Under the pieces are notes generated by a model. It worked only from the letters and a program-made list of their open reading frames with translations, was not told where the DNA came from and did not search any database. Shown here piece by piece: positions 1 to 10,461 of a stretch of 64,000 nt of DNA (position 1 is its first letter; each line of letters opens with the position of its first letter). The stretch comes from a virus, in the IMG/VR virus record IMGVR_UViG_3300011269_000001; one strand, 5' to 3'. A program made the position numbers and the translations under genes.

Positions 1-2190
1 ACCGGGAACCAGATTTTTGTCAACAGTACGAACGTCAACTTCAGTTCTGGTATCTTCACCATCACTGCTGTCACCGCGACCACGGTCCAATACACAGAAA
101 CTGCAGCCGACCAAGTCGCGACTACAAACATTGGTACCGTGAGCTTTGACGTTGGCGGTCAAGCTACCCTCCAGGGCAGCACCGTGGTGCTCAATGACAT
201 CGCCCGGGCAAATGCCACGACCGGATTGCCGGCAGCATTCCAGCTGACCGTTAACATCAAGGCCCTTGGGAACCAATTCTGGTCCGCAGATACTCCGACC
301 AACAGCGGCGTAGCTGTCAGCACGACCTTGACCTGGTATCCGGTCACCCTGGCCTCGGGCCTGAGCTTCTACCCCATCGATACCGGTAACAATACCATCG
401 CGCAGATTGTCACCACAGTCAACAACCTCGCTGCGGTCGCAAACAGCACCGTGCCTCTGACCGGCGTCGCGGTTGGTGACGGAACCGTAAATAACGGCCA
501 GATTGCCTTTGCCAGCTACGAGGCTTCGCCAAACGGTAACGGGAACGTGGCTCCGAATCCCTGGTATCAGATGTCTGATTCCATCAACTATGTTCTGTCG
601 ACGGTCAATCCCCCGGATACGAATACCGACTACACCTTTACCTTCAAGGACCCGGTCACCGCGTCTTTGGCCACAAACAGCGACTGGATAAACGAAGACG
701 TCCGTCTAGTACCTCTGACGACCTTGAACATTGTCAATTACCTGAACAATAGTGCCGTCGGTGGTCTGTTCGCCAGCGCGGAAATCAGTGCCTCGAACCA
801 AGGTTCTTCGCCGCAGATTGCATCCTTGACTCTGGGCTCTGGTGGCAGCGTCCAGGTCCAGGGCGGAAGCGCAAACACAGCCAGCTCAAGCGTGAAGGGT
901 AATGCCGTCGGGGTCGCGAGTCAATTTGCCGTGGCTACTGTCGCGGCTCAGGACGCTCTGGGTCTCAGCGGCAAGATGTGGATTAGCGTTGAAAATAGCA
1001 AGGCAGTGCCTAAGGACGTCATCGACGCCAATACGACTCTGACCAGCATCGACGCCCTTGGTAACTTCGTATTCAACGCTGCAGGAACCAAAGCCTGGAC
1101 CTGGGCGAATACTGGCGCCGCGGTAGTCAATGCTTTTACCTGGCAAATTGAGAAGCAGGACGCTTTCGTGGCCTACGTTTGGACTCAGGCCGGCACGGCT
1201 CCGGCCCTGGCCGGGGTGCAGGAAGGCGACTGGGTCATTATCACCGGTTCTTATTCAAACCTAAATAGCCGAAATACGGGCACCTTCAGAATCATCCGCA
1301 TTGACGACACTGCCAAGATTTTCTGGGTCGACAATCCGAACGTTCTGGAAGCCATCAGTCAAGTGGACTTGAAGTTCGTGAAGTACAACAGCATCATCCC
1401 CGGCGACACTCTGACCATTAACACACCTCTATGGGGTACAGCTAACATCGGCTCCTGGATTGTCGCCAGTATTGACCCCACGAACCAATGGGCTTTCGCG
1501 GTCTCGGTGGCTCAAAAAGCTACCACGGCTCAAGGCGCTGTCGCTGCCCTGGGAACCAGCTCATCTCTGGTCCAAGTTATCGAATTCGCGGCAACCCGCT
1601 TCATCAAACAGATTGTGGCCATTACCCCGAATCAAATCGACGGAACTCTGGCAGACGTCAAATTCGCGGCTCCTTCGTACTTTACGAAAATCAGCGCCAA
1701 CAGCGGTACTGTCATCCGGGCTCTGGATAAGCTCAATTTTCCGACGACTATTGCCACGGGAATCGACGGCTATAGCCACGCCATTGGCCTCATCGGTCAA
1801 GTCAACAAGGTCGCCTACGGTGACCCCGCGGACCCGGCCACGTACCCAGGCATTATTGCCGTTGGGGCTTCGGTGAACATCCTCGGGCCTCTGGTGAAAA
1901 GAATCGTAGTTTCCTTGAGTATCAGAGTCCGAACCGGAGTTTCAACCACGGACATCATCAATAAGGTGAAGTCTGCCGTCGCCGCAGTCATCAACAAACA
2001 AGGCATTGGACAACCGGTGGCTATCAGTGACATCGTCACGGCCGCTGGCCAGGTTAACGGAGTCTTGGCAGTCACGATTCTTAGCCCAATCTTTGCCTCT
2101 GGGTCTGACCTCATTAGTGCTCAGCCCTTTGAAAAGACTCTGGTCTTGAACGTCGACACCGACGTCCTCGTGAGTCTAGTCGGCACCTAA
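1..2190 (+). CDS. Baseplate J-like/wedge protein, C-terminal part (5' truncated by the window)
   Basis: Frame is open from base 1 (TGNQIFVNSTN...). C-terminus 'YPGIIAVGASVNILGPLVKRIVVSLSIRV...IINKVKSAVAAVINKQGIGQPVAISDIVTAAGQVNGV' has the baseplate-J C-terminal pattern. Lies in the tail module. Confidence 0.75.
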   Translation, partial: TGNQIFVNSTNVNFSSGIFTITAVTATTVQYTETAADQVATTNIGTVSFDVGGQATLQGSTVVLNDIARANATTGLPAAFQLTVNIKALGNQFWSADTPTNSGVAVSTTLTWYPVTLASGLSFYPIDTGNNTIAQIVTTVNNLAAVANSTVPLTGVAVGDGTVNNGQIAFASYEASPNGNGNVAPNPWYQMSDSINYVLSTVNPPDTNTDYTFTFKDPVTASLATNSDWINEDVRLVPLTTLNIVNYLNNSAVGGLFASAEISASNQGSSPQIASLTLGSGGSVQVQGGSANTASSSVKGNAVGVASQFAVATVAAQDALGLSGKMWISVENSKAVPKDVIDANTTLTSIDALGNFVFNAAGTKAWTWANTGAAVVNAFTWQIEKQDAFVAYVWTQAGTAPALAGVQEGDWVIITGSYSNLNSRNTGTFRIIRIDDTAKIFWVDNPNVLEAISQVDLKFVKYNSIIPGDTLTINTPLWGTANIGSWIVASIDPTNQWAFAVSVAQKATTAQGAVAALGTSSSLVQVIEFAATRFIKQIVAITPNQIDGTLADVKFAAPSYFTKISANSGTVIRALDKLNFPTTIATGIDGYSHAIGLIGQVNKVAYGDPADPATYPGIIAVGASVNILGPLVKRIVVSLSIRVRTGVSTTDIINKVKSAVAAVINKQGIGQPVAISDIVTAAGQVNGVLAVTILSPIFASGSDLISAQPFEKTLVLNVDTDVLVSLVGT

Positions 2191-2193
2191 CAG

Positions 2194-2200
2194 CAATCTT
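2194..2200 (+). promoter_or_regulatory. CAATCTT putative late-promoter box
   Basis: Intergenic, 22 nt before the ATG at 2223. The same motif recurs before 7 other + strand genes. Confidence 0.65.
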
Positions 2201-2222
2201 CATAGTTTGAAGGGAACCACGA

Positions 2223-3563
2223 ATGGGAAGTAAATATTTTAGAGGTTCTGCGACAGGCCCAGGAGCGATGTTTGCGCTCTGCGAAGCTATTCGCACCGGT
2301 TTCACGGACACTCAGGTTATGTGGACGCTGTTTGACAACGTCAACGGCATAGCCGGCAGCTCTAAGCGCATCTTCAAGGCCCCGGCGACAGCCATCAGAC
2401 CCTTCTACATCGAGGTCTCGGAAACAGGTACCGTGGGCTGTGTCCGATTTCGGGCCTGGGGAGATTGGGACCCAGCGACTCACACCGGTGCCCATGGAAC
2501 AGCGGACGACGGTGGCGCCACCAGTGCTGCACAGCGTGGCGGTATCTTTGCCCAAGACGCGACCTTCGGATACGACCTCTGCTTCCATGATAATGGGCTC
2601 GTGGCCTGTTCTCACACTACTTTCGACTCTGCAAGCTTTGTTGGCATTCTTGACAATGCCTCGTCTATTCCCTCGCACATGAACGGTATTGCTATCCTGC
2701 AAAGTGATATCATAGCCGGAGCAACGTCGTTCCCGACGCAGGGAATGGTCAACGTACTTTTCCCAGGCCAGGACTTAATTATCATTGGATTGACTGGTAA
2801 CTCGGGAGATGCTCGATTCGGCCTCAAGGAGAGAGTTAAGATAACGGCAGTTAGCGCCAGCGCTCTTACCATCACGGCGACAACGAATGCCTACAAAGCT
2901 GGTTCAATAGCCGGATTTGACCCTCTTCCTCTTGGCTGTACTATCCAACTCAATGCCGCGGGACAACGGGTAGGCATTCAAGGTGTAGACCCTCCTGGAG
3001 CGCAGGGCATTTTCTTTCCATATCGCCTAGATGGTTCGACTTCTGGTACCAGCGACTCAAGTCGCGTCTGGTCTTTTACATTTGACCTTTCTCCGGCGTC
3101 CGGAAGCGACCTCTGGGGAAAGACTTATAGATTAGGCAATCTTCCCGTGTTTCAGGTCGGCCGTCTGTGGGGACAAAATTTGGGTTCTGTACTTGGCTTT
3201 GAAGCAAGCAGAGGGCGTCTGCCGCCAACTGCCGGGCACTTCCGTACTACTACGCAGGCACTTACGGACAGAATCAGAGTCGGCGCAGACAATTGGTTTC
3301 GAGTCATTTCACCCGCAGGCGCCGGCGGTACAGGCTGGGCTGACATCGGCCTGGCCGTGGGCCCGCGACCCGGTGCTGAAGTTGCCAACGTCGGTGGCGT
3401 TGATTGGCAAGGTGCTCTGGCTCTCGACTTCGCGGCTCTGGCCGACGTTACCGGAGGCCTGAAACGGTCTTTTGACAACAAGCATTGGCTCGGACCGAGG
3501 TCATTTTTCAACAACATGGCCTGGCATACTAGATACCAAGGCCCCAAGAAAAGGACTTTTTAG
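2223..3563 (+). CDS. Virion structural protein (tail/baseplate-associated), function unknown
   Basis: 446-aa G/A/T-rich beta-type ORF in the tail module. Confidence 0.55.
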   Translation: MGSKYFRGSATGPGAMFALCEAIRTGFTDTQVMWTLFDNVNGIAGSSKRIFKAPATAIRPFYIEVSETGTVGCVRFRAWGDWDPATHTGAHGTADDGGATSAAQRGGIFAQDATFGYDLCFHDNGLVACSHTTFDSASFVGILDNASSIPSHMNGIAILQSDIIAGATSFPTQGMVNVLFPGQDLIIIGLTGNSGDARFGLKERVKITAVSASALTITATTNAYKAGSIAGFDPLPLGCTIQLNAAGQRVGIQGVDPPGAQGIFFPYRLDGSTSGTSDSSRVWSFTFDLSPASGSDLWGKTYRLGNLPVFQVGRLWGQNLGSVLGFEASRGRLPPTAGHFRTTTQALTDRIRVGADNWFRVISPAGAGGTGWADIGLAVGPRPGAEVANVGGVDWQGALALDFAALADVTGGLKRSFDNKHWLGPRSFFNNMAWHTRYQGPKKRTF

Positions 3564-3572
3564 GAGTACGCT

Positions 3573-4052
3573 ATGGCGATTTACACAGCTCAATTCAGAC
3601 CCACAGACGTCGGCATTGCTGGTATATTGGGATTTCCAATCTTCCAGAAACTCAGCGATGGCTCTGTCCCCACGAACCCGGCTCCGACTGTTTTTACGGA
3701 AATTGGTCTCGGTCTGTACAAATTTACTTACGTGGCAGCTGAAGAAGTTGCTTTTGTTCTCGACGGTGGGGCGGCGATTCCAAACACCAGCCGATACGTA
3801 AGCGGAGTTCTATCTCCTGTCGACACCAACCTTGACGCACCGGTCAGTGTGGTTCAGGCTACGGTTACTCAACTCCGGCGCCTGAGCGAAGGTCGCTGGA
3901 AAATTTGGACTACGGGTCCAGACGCCAACAAGCTCGTGCTCTACAGTGCTGACGGCTTAACAGTTCTTCAGAAGTGGAACCTCCTGGACAACCTCGGAAA
4001 TCCGACTACGTCTAATATCTTCGAGCGCGTACCTCAGAGCTTGATTCCATAA
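3573..4052 (+). CDS. Small virion structural protein
   Basis: 159 aa with AGGAG RBS. 'FTEIGLGLYKFTY' Ig-like strand pattern. Tail-module context. Confidence 0.55.
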   Translation: MAIYTAQFRPTDVGIAGILGFPIFQKLSDGSVPTNPAPTVFTEIGLGLYKFTYVAAEEVAFVLDGGAAIPNTSRYVSGVLSPVDTNLDAPVSVVQATVTQLRRLSEGRWKIWTTGPDANKLVLYSADGLTVLQKWNLLDNLGNPTTSNIFERVPQSLIP

Positions 4053-4067
4053 AAGGAATAATTCTTC

Positions 4068-5918
4068 ATGACTGACTTTGTTTACGACGTAACCGCACAG
4101 CCTATAGGTAAGATTGACGGACAGACGGTCTCTGTTCCGGCCAATCAAGCTCTAGTCGCAGCTGAATGGAACCAAACGGCACAAAACATTCTCGACTTAC
4201 GCAATGCGATTACCAATGGACGTTGGCATGCGCTTCAAAATTTCCCAACTGCACCACTCTCGGGAGTGGGGCAAATTTTCCTGAGAATGAGCGGAACGCA
4301 ATTGCAGGCTAGTATTGCCGGTGGAGCTTACGCCAGCATTGGACCAGCAACGGCTACAAACGTCCTGGACTATGGAGCTGACCCGATGGGCATCATTGAC
4401 AGCTCGCTCGCATTCAACAACGCGCTGAGTATCGGCCCGGGAACTCGCGTACAGGTACCTGCGGGTACGTACAAAATCAGCAATCCAGTTTTCATCAAAT
4501 ACGCGACGACTCTCGAACTACTTCCGGGCGCTCAGCTGAACTTGAGTGCGGCGCTTCGAATCGATGAGGACATGGGTCAATTGCTCGGCTGGTATCAGGG
4601 CGAAGGAATCACTTTTAACCTCGACCTTCCCTCGCGGCCAATACTGAAATGGATAGGCGCTGCAAATAGCTACATGATTGGCGTGATGCAAACCTTCACG
4701 CCTCCGAACGATGGACTCGCGCAAGGCGTGAAAGGATTGACCCTCGACGGCAATGGAGTCGCAGGCATCACCGGAATCAAAGTAGGCGCGTCCCAGATTT
4801 TAGGCGGAAATCCTTCAGCGTGGACACGTTTAGAGAATATTCAGCTTGTCAATGTCAAAATCGGAGTCGATGGAGTTGGTCAGCAACACACTTATCGCGA
4901 CATTCACATGCACAACTACGGTGCGGCAACGAACGCCGCAGGCTCGGTTGGTTTATTGATTGCATCCCGTGTGAACACAACGACAACGGCGCTCTTCATT
5001 CAACGCTGCACAATTGAGAATTTCTTGACCGGTGTACAGTTTGGGAGTGGAGCAATCGGAGGTGTTGCGGTTGCCGTGTTACGAGATTGCGTGATTGAAG
5101 GATTCGGGTCGTCTTCTACTCCTAGTAACGGCGCGGTTGCTATCACTATTCAAGGGTCCGGCTCGGGACCTTACTATATCGAAAATAATTACTTTGAAAG
5201 CGGAGATGATGCGACTCATGCGAACACTTGCCTGCAGATTGGCTCGACTGCGGCCGTCCCCGGCATCGTGCACTTTTACCGAAATCGTGTCGCTGGCTTC
5301 GTCACGTCGGTTGAGGGGATTTCTTGGCCTGGCTTCTTTATTCGTGAAAATGACATATATAGCGTATCCGGTGCAGTCAATGCAAACAGCGTTCGCTTTC
5401 GAAATACAAACAGTGGTCTCGCAGGCCAGGCGAAGATTAATGGTGAGTGGAAGAGTAACTGGTCCGATCAGACACTCGTAGTCCCCGATTTAGCAGGGAC
5501 TGAGGCTAACCTGTGGCGCGGCTTCCGAGAATTCGAGCGAGCTAATTCGACGCTTGACCCAATCAACGCAGTCCCATTTCCTACCGTGATGCGAAACATG
5601 CATCAGGGGACTGACAACACAATCGCAATCGCGCTGAATGCGACATTCAACCTACCCACCCCGTTGAATGCGGGTGCTGCGATTGAGATTGTCAATGCCG
5701 GTTTCGGAGGACGGGCGCGCTTCTTCCTGCGCGGCATCCTCGGCTCCCGCCTTGTCGATGGACCTTACGAAGATGGCTCAGTGGTCTTCTCAAACGTGCA
5801 GGGGACTGCGAATAAGGTTAATGTCTATTGGAATGCGGGTGCTGGCTTCTACCAGATTGAGAACAAGCTTGGCGGCGGCTCCACGTCCAAGTTCGCGATT
5901 AAGTATGAGGAGTGGTGA
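4068..5918 (+). CDS. Tailspike/depolymerase, pectate-lyase-like parallel beta-helix
   Basis: 'NVLDYGADPMG..DSSLAFNNAL...VQVPAGTY' beta-helix cap motif, followed by Asn-ladder repeats (IENF, IENNYFE, IRENDI). Confidence 0.75.
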   Translation: MTDFVYDVTAQPIGKIDGQTVSVPANQALVAAEWNQTAQNILDLRNAITNGRWHALQNFPTAPLSGVGQIFLRMSGTQLQASIAGGAYASIGPATATNVLDYGADPMGIIDSSLAFNNALSIGPGTRVQVPAGTYKISNPVFIKYATTLELLPGAQLNLSAALRIDEDMGQLLGWYQGEGITFNLDLPSRPILKWIGAANSYMIGVMQTFTPPNDGLAQGVKGLTLDGNGVAGITGIKVGASQILGGNPSAWTRLENIQLVNVKIGVDGVGQQHTYRDIHMHNYGAATNAAGSVGLLIASRVNTTTTALFIQRCTIENFLTGVQFGSGAIGGVAVAVLRDCVIEGFGSSSTPSNGAVAITIQGSGSGPYYIENNYFESGDDATHANTCLQIGSTAAVPGIVHFYRNRVAGFVTSVEGISWPGFFIRENDIYSVSGAVNANSVRFRNTNSGLAGQAKINGEWKSNWSDQTLVVPDLAGTEANLWRGFREFERANSTLDPINAVPFPTVMRNMHQGTDNTIAIALNATFNLPTPLNAGAAIEIVNAGFGGRARFFLRGILGSRLVDGPYEDGSVVFSNVQGTANKVNVYWNAGAGFYQIENKLGGGSTSKFAIKYEEW

Positions 5919-6000
5919 TGCCTCTCTCGCATGGTAAGACCGCAGAAGCGATAATAATCTCGATTCAGTTGCAGAACCAAGTCTAACCCAAAAGTGCCTA

Positions 6001-7158
6001 GTGCCTATTTTTCCCCTCACATTTCCGACCAGCAGCAGCCTGGTTGGACCGAGTATCGTTGTCAAGGGCTTTGCTCCAGGCGGGTCGCCTAATACCGGAG
6101 GCATGGGCGGAATTTTAACACCGACCCCGGTATTGATGCTCGTCAATGTAGTTCCCTTTACAACGGGAGAAGTGCGGGCGCGATTTTCTATTCCTCCGTT
6201 GGCCGCTAGTAGCATCGGGGTAAACGATGCCCTGAATATCGCCAACTATACGCTTACCGGTCCCACGACAGCAGTCATCATCGGCGCTTCTGTTGTAGAC
6301 ACAGATTTGAATAGCATTGACTTATCCATCAAGTCACCGCTAGCACTCGGAACCTGGACCCTGACCGTTGCCAATATTCAGAACCCCACGGGTATTACCT
6401 TGACGGCACCGTTCAGCATCACCTTCCAGGTCACGTCCGTTGGCCCGACTGCGACCGTGAACCTTGGCGCAGTTACAGATTCTCCAGAGGACATCATCCG
6501 TCGGCATTTCAGTCCGGCTATGAAAGGCAAGGCCTGGGATTCGGTCATCGCCGGATTGGCCACGGGCGATAAAAGTAACTTTGACAACGCCGCGAGCATT
6601 TTCGACCAGTTGTTCATGAGCAGTGCCAGCGGGATTTACCTGGACCGTCGAACCGCGGACTTTGGCATTCAAAGACCTCAGAACGTCGGCATCGTCGACG
6701 ACTTGTATAGAAAATTTGCAATCAAGACGAAAACTAAACAACTCGTCATCGAGGCCATGTTGGAGATTCTGGAGGTTTTCTATGGTCCAGACGCTCTCCG
6801 AGCCAACACAACCACGACCCTGACTGAACCCTTCACCCTAAATGACGGCGATGACCTGCAACTGCTCATCGACGAACAGATTCCGGTGCAGGTAATCTTT
6901 AGAGACAGGGATTTCGGCCAGACTCCGTTTGCCAAGGCCATTGAAGTGGCGGCTGCCATCACCAGAGCCTGCAGAGCCCAAGGCACCAGGGCCTATGCAA
7001 TTCCCTTTGTGGACCCAGTACAGGGTGGCAGTAACAGAGTGAAGCTTTATAGCGGAAAATTGGGTCTAGGTTCTTTTCTCCGGGTCACCGGTGGGAAGGC
7101 GCAGGATTTTTTGTCTTTTCCGACGCAGATAAACAGCGTCTATACGGTAGTGTTCTAA
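6001..7158 (+). CDS. Baseplate wedge protein (tail protein I-like domain preceded by an Ig-like domain)
   Basis: 'DQLFMSSASGIYLDRRTADFGIQRP...DDLYRK' is the typical wedge (P2 gpI/gpJ-type) motif. Confidence 0.7.
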   Translation: MPIFPLTFPTSSSLVGPSIVVKGFAPGGSPNTGGMGGILTPTPVLMLVNVVPFTTGEVRARFSIPPLAASSIGVNDALNIANYTLTGPTTAVIIGASVVDTDLNSIDLSIKSPLALGTWTLTVANIQNPTGITLTAPFSITFQVTSVGPTATVNLGAVTDSPEDIIRRHFSPAMKGKAWDSVIAGLATGDKSNFDNAASIFDQLFMSSASGIYLDRRTADFGIQRPQNVGIVDDLYRKFAIKTKTKQLVIEAMLEILEVFYGPDALRANTTTTLTEPFTLNDGDDLQLLIDEQIPVQVIFRDRDFGQTPFAKAIEVAAAITRACRAQGTRAYAIPFVDPVQGGSNRVKLYSGKLGLGSFLRVTGGKAQDFLSFPTQINSVYTVVF

Positions 7159-7161
7159 ACC

Positions 7162-10002
7162 ATGTCTTTGCTTTTCCTCTTTAACTTCGGTTGGCTTGGT
7201 GCCGGTCCCTCGGCATTTACCTGGGTTATTACCACCAACCCGACCACGAACACAGTCCGCTTCACGACCAACAGCCCAGACGTCGACCTGACTCAGGTCT
7301 TCACCGGGGACTACGTAAATATTTTCGGTCTGGAATTCAATATCAACAACCGTGGCAGCTTCACGATTACCAATGTCCAAGTTTCGTACCCCGCTGGTCT
7401 CCTGACGCAGTTCTTTGAAATTCAAAATCTTCTCGGGGTTTCGGAAACGGTCTTCCAGATACACGCCATCGATATGGTGTTCTTCAGACCCACGAGATTC
7501 TCCATCCAACAAGCTCAGGGGCGAACAGTCGTTGTTTCTCAGAACCGATTCAATACCGTCGACATTGTCCTGCCGGCAACCAGCGCCATCGTCAGCCGAA
7601 CTGCTCTGACCGCAGCTTATCTGCAGCCGGTCATAACTTTGGCTGTCACGAATCTTATCAGAAAATCGAGTGGTGTCGCCACGGCTGATACAGCTTCTTC
7701 GAATACCCTGGCTGTTGGTGACCAGGTGTACATCGATAGCTTTGTTCCGGCCCCGACCCAACCCTTCAGAGACCTCGGGGTTCCTTCGACTAGCGGTTTA
7801 GTCGGTACTTCTGATGCTTCGCTGGCAAGTATCTGGTCCCCGCTCCGGGTTACGGACATCGTCGGCAATTTTAGCCACACTCTTACTCGCTTGGCATCCG
7901 GAAATGTTCTCCTGGCCGGCGGAGCCAACGAGACCGGCGGCGTCTACGGGGGCGAGAGCGCTGTCTGCCAAATCTTCACCATCACCGGAACTGCTGCTGT
8001 AGCCGATAGCAATCAAGCTGATGGTTCTATCAGGACCAGCTACAATTGGCTTGCAGCCACGTCTATGAATGCCACCCGTCAGCTCCATAGCGCGGCACTG
8101 CTTTCTGACGGCAGAGTCCTGGTAACCGGTGGTTTCCGGTTCACTGGTTCGACCTTCTTGAATACAGCTGAACGCTACGACCCTAGCCTTAACAGCTGGA
8201 CGAACACTGGCAATACGATGTCCGTGGCCCGAGCTGGTCATGCCTCCGTGCTATTACAGAATAGCACCATCATGGTCATCGGTGGAGCTACCGGCACGAG
8301 CACTGTCACCGCGACTACAGATATCTACAGCGTCGGACCGAATACTTTTGCTGCCGGGGCGACAATGAATCAGGGCCGCGTCGACCATCAGGCGCTGGTC
8401 CTGAGTGACGGTAGAGTCTTGGTTATTGGCGGTCGAGCATTGACCGGTGGCGGAACCTTCTCTGATGCATTCCATGGATTCGTAACCGGTGACTTGATTG
8501 CCACCTGCGAAATCTACAACGGAACCAGCTGGGCTTTCACCGGAAGTATGGCGCTGGCTCGGGGTCTGCACCAAGCCACTCTGCTCCCTGGTGACAAAGT
8601 CCTCGTGACCGGTGGTCTGGCCTACAATCCGACTCAACTCGGCACCAGACCCGGGGCCTCGACGAACTTCGCTGAAATCTGGGACCCAGCTACGGGGCAA
8701 TGGTCTCAGGCCGGCATCGCCGGAACTTCACGTCACGGTCACACGGCTGTTTATTTGCCAGGCTCTAATAAGGTCCTGATTGCTGGCGGTACAAGCACGG
8801 CCGGTGGTGCTGTTCTGACTCAGACCGAATACTTCGATGTCAAGACCCGGACCTGGAGGGTAGCGCCTGACTTTATCGATGTGGCTCGGTATCCGTGCAA
8901 GTCCGCGATTCTCTTCGGCGACAATGCCTTGCTCACCGGCGGCGACAACGGAACTACGACCTTCAACAACCATCTTCTTTTTGTCCATGATTCTGACAGC
9001 TATAGCAATGGGGGCGTAAACGGTATCGCCGTTGTGTCCGCAGTCCTCTCCGCAACCAGGTTCCAATTTCAGACCACGACCACGGAGCATAGTTCCAGTT
9101 TCGGTGCCCCAGTCAATCGATTCAGCAATACCGGTGGAGCACTCAGCCCGCAGAAGTTCAATATTGCCTCTGCGACCAGGACCTCGAATGTCACTACCTT
9201 GACCCTGGACCTACCGGCAGGATTCCTAACTCATAGCATTCTCGTTGGTCAGTCGATTTACGTCAACAGCTTCAGCGGAAGCTTCACCCCGGGCGTGAAG
9301 ACGGTAACCGCAGTGACCAGCAATACGGTCGTTTACGCAGATACCGGAGCGAACGTAACTGCGCTTCAGGTTGGGTCTGTGAGTATCAATTTTGCCACAA
9401 GCATGCTGGCAACTCCATTCAGGGCTCAGACTTCGCTGGTCAACATTCCTGGCCCATACATCTGGGACCCGAATAGCGGCGCCGCGGTCACGGCCATTGA
9501 ATCCACGACCACAGGCGTTATCAACGCCGGCCAGCAACTTCAACTCCTGAACTTGGTTAGTGCAGCCGCGTTCCCGGACCAGGTCGGGTACGTTATCTTC
9601 GGCTATGCAACAGCTCTGCAGACCCTGCCGGTCAAGTACATCGGTCGCGCGAGCCCAACGTCTCTCATCATTGATTTCAGCTTCAGATTCCCGCAGAACC
9701 TGCCGGTTGGTACCAAGGTCACGTTCTTGAACAACCTCGGTGGTTTTGTGCCGACCGTGGCAAATAAGGTCGGGAGTCTGTACATCACTGCTTCTGCGGC
9801 CGGGCGCGTAGCTGCTCAGGCCAGCATTCAAGCCGCAGTTGCCGCCGGGGTCGGAGTCAACATCACCATCGTGTATCCAGGTGACCGGGGCCTAGGTGCC
9901 GAAGGTTTCCCAGCAACTGGGAAAAAGATTTCCGATAAAGTCTTCGTCTGGGGTTCAGACAGTGTCGACGCAGAATTGGCATTGGATAGGAGCTTGAGCT
10001 AA
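7162..10002 (+). CDS. Baseplate protein with a Kelch-repeat beta-propeller
   Basis: About 6-7 Kelch repeats (R..H.A.LLSDGRVLV.GG...AE.YDP...W). C-terminus 'ASIQAAVAAGVGVNITIVYPGD' resembles a wedge-protein end. In frame with the upstream ORF. Confidence 0.75.
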   Translation: MSLLFLFNFGWLGAGPSAFTWVITTNPTTNTVRFTTNSPDVDLTQVFTGDYVNIFGLEFNINNRGSFTITNVQVSYPAGLLTQFFEIQNLLGVSETVFQIHAIDMVFFRPTRFSIQQAQGRTVVVSQNRFNTVDIVLPATSAIVSRTALTAAYLQPVITLAVTNLIRKSSGVATADTASSNTLAVGDQVYIDSFVPAPTQPFRDLGVPSTSGLVGTSDASLASIWSPLRVTDIVGNFSHTLTRLASGNVLLAGGANETGGVYGGESAVCQIFTITGTAAVADSNQADGSIRTSYNWLAATSMNATRQLHSAALLSDGRVLVTGGFRFTGSTFLNTAERYDPSLNSWTNTGNTMSVARAGHASVLLQNSTIMVIGGATGTSTVTATTDIYSVGPNTFAAGATMNQGRVDHQALVLSDGRVLVIGGRALTGGGTFSDAFHGFVTGDLIATCEIYNGTSWAFTGSMALARGLHQATLLPGDKVLVTGGLAYNPTQLGTRPGASTNFAEIWDPATGQWSQAGIAGTSRHGHTAVYLPGSNKVLIAGGTSTAGGAVLTQTEYFDVKTRTWRVAPDFIDVARYPCKSAILFGDNALLTGGDNGTTTFNNHLLFVHDSDSYSNGGVNGIAVVSAVLSATRFQFQTTTTEHSSSFGAPVNRFSNTGGALSPQKFNIASATRTSNVTTLTLDLPAGFLTHSILVGQSIYVNSFSGSFTPGVKTVTAVTSNTVVYADTGANVTALQVGSVSINFATSMLATPFRAQTSLVNIPGPYIWDPNSGAAVTAIESTTTGVINAGQQLQLLNLVSAAAFPDQVGYVIFGYATALQTLPVKYIGRASPTSLIIDFSFRFPQNLPVGTKVTFLNNLGGFVPTVANKVGSLYITASAAGRVAAQASIQAAVAAGVGVNITIVYPGDRGLGAEGFPATGKKISDKVFVWGSDSVDAELALDRSLS

Positions 10003-10434
10003 ATGAGCAGGCCTAAAATAATTGTTGGCGCTCACGTACTCTGCTCCATCAACGGGAAGCTACTCGGCCAGGTAACTAGCTTCCGGTGGACCTCCACGAC
10101 CACCAAGAAGGCCATCTACGCCCTGGACCTGGGCCAGCCTTATGAATTGGCGCCTACCATAACCCGAATCATCGGGACTCTGGGAATTCTGAGAACTCTT
10201 GGTGACGGCGGGGCCGAAGGGCCGGGAATTACCCCTTCTGTCGAGGATGTGCCCAGGGAAAGATATTTTACCATTCTCCTCACGGAACGAGGCAGTGATA
10301 CGGTCCTTTTCAGGGCTGACAATTGCAGCGTCCAGGAACAGAGTTGGGACATCCCGACGAGAGGTCTTGTCACCGGCACCATAATTTTCGAGTCCTTGAC
10401 CTGGGAAAACGAGACGAAGTCAGTTCAAGCCTAA
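10003..10434 (+). CDS. Tail-tube-fold protein (tube or tube initiator)
   Basis: 143-aa all-beta protein, 'INGKLLGQVTSFRW...AIYALD...PYELAP...CSVQEQSWDI...TGTIIFE' tube-like pattern. Confidence 0.6.
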   Translation: MSRPKIIVGAHVLCSINGKLLGQVTSFRWTSTTTKKAIYALDLGQPYELAPTITRIIGTLGILRTLGDGGAEGPGITPSVEDVPRERYFTILLTERGSDTVLFRADNCSVQEQSWDIPTRGLVTGTIIFESLTWENETKSVQA

Positions 10435-10440
10435 GGCAAG

Positions 10441-10447
10441 CAATCTT
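10441..10447 (+). promoter_or_regulatory. CAATCTT putative late-promoter box
   Basis: Intergenic, 14 nt before the ATG at 10462. Confidence 0.6.
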
Positions 10448-10461
10448 TAAGGTAATCCCCA

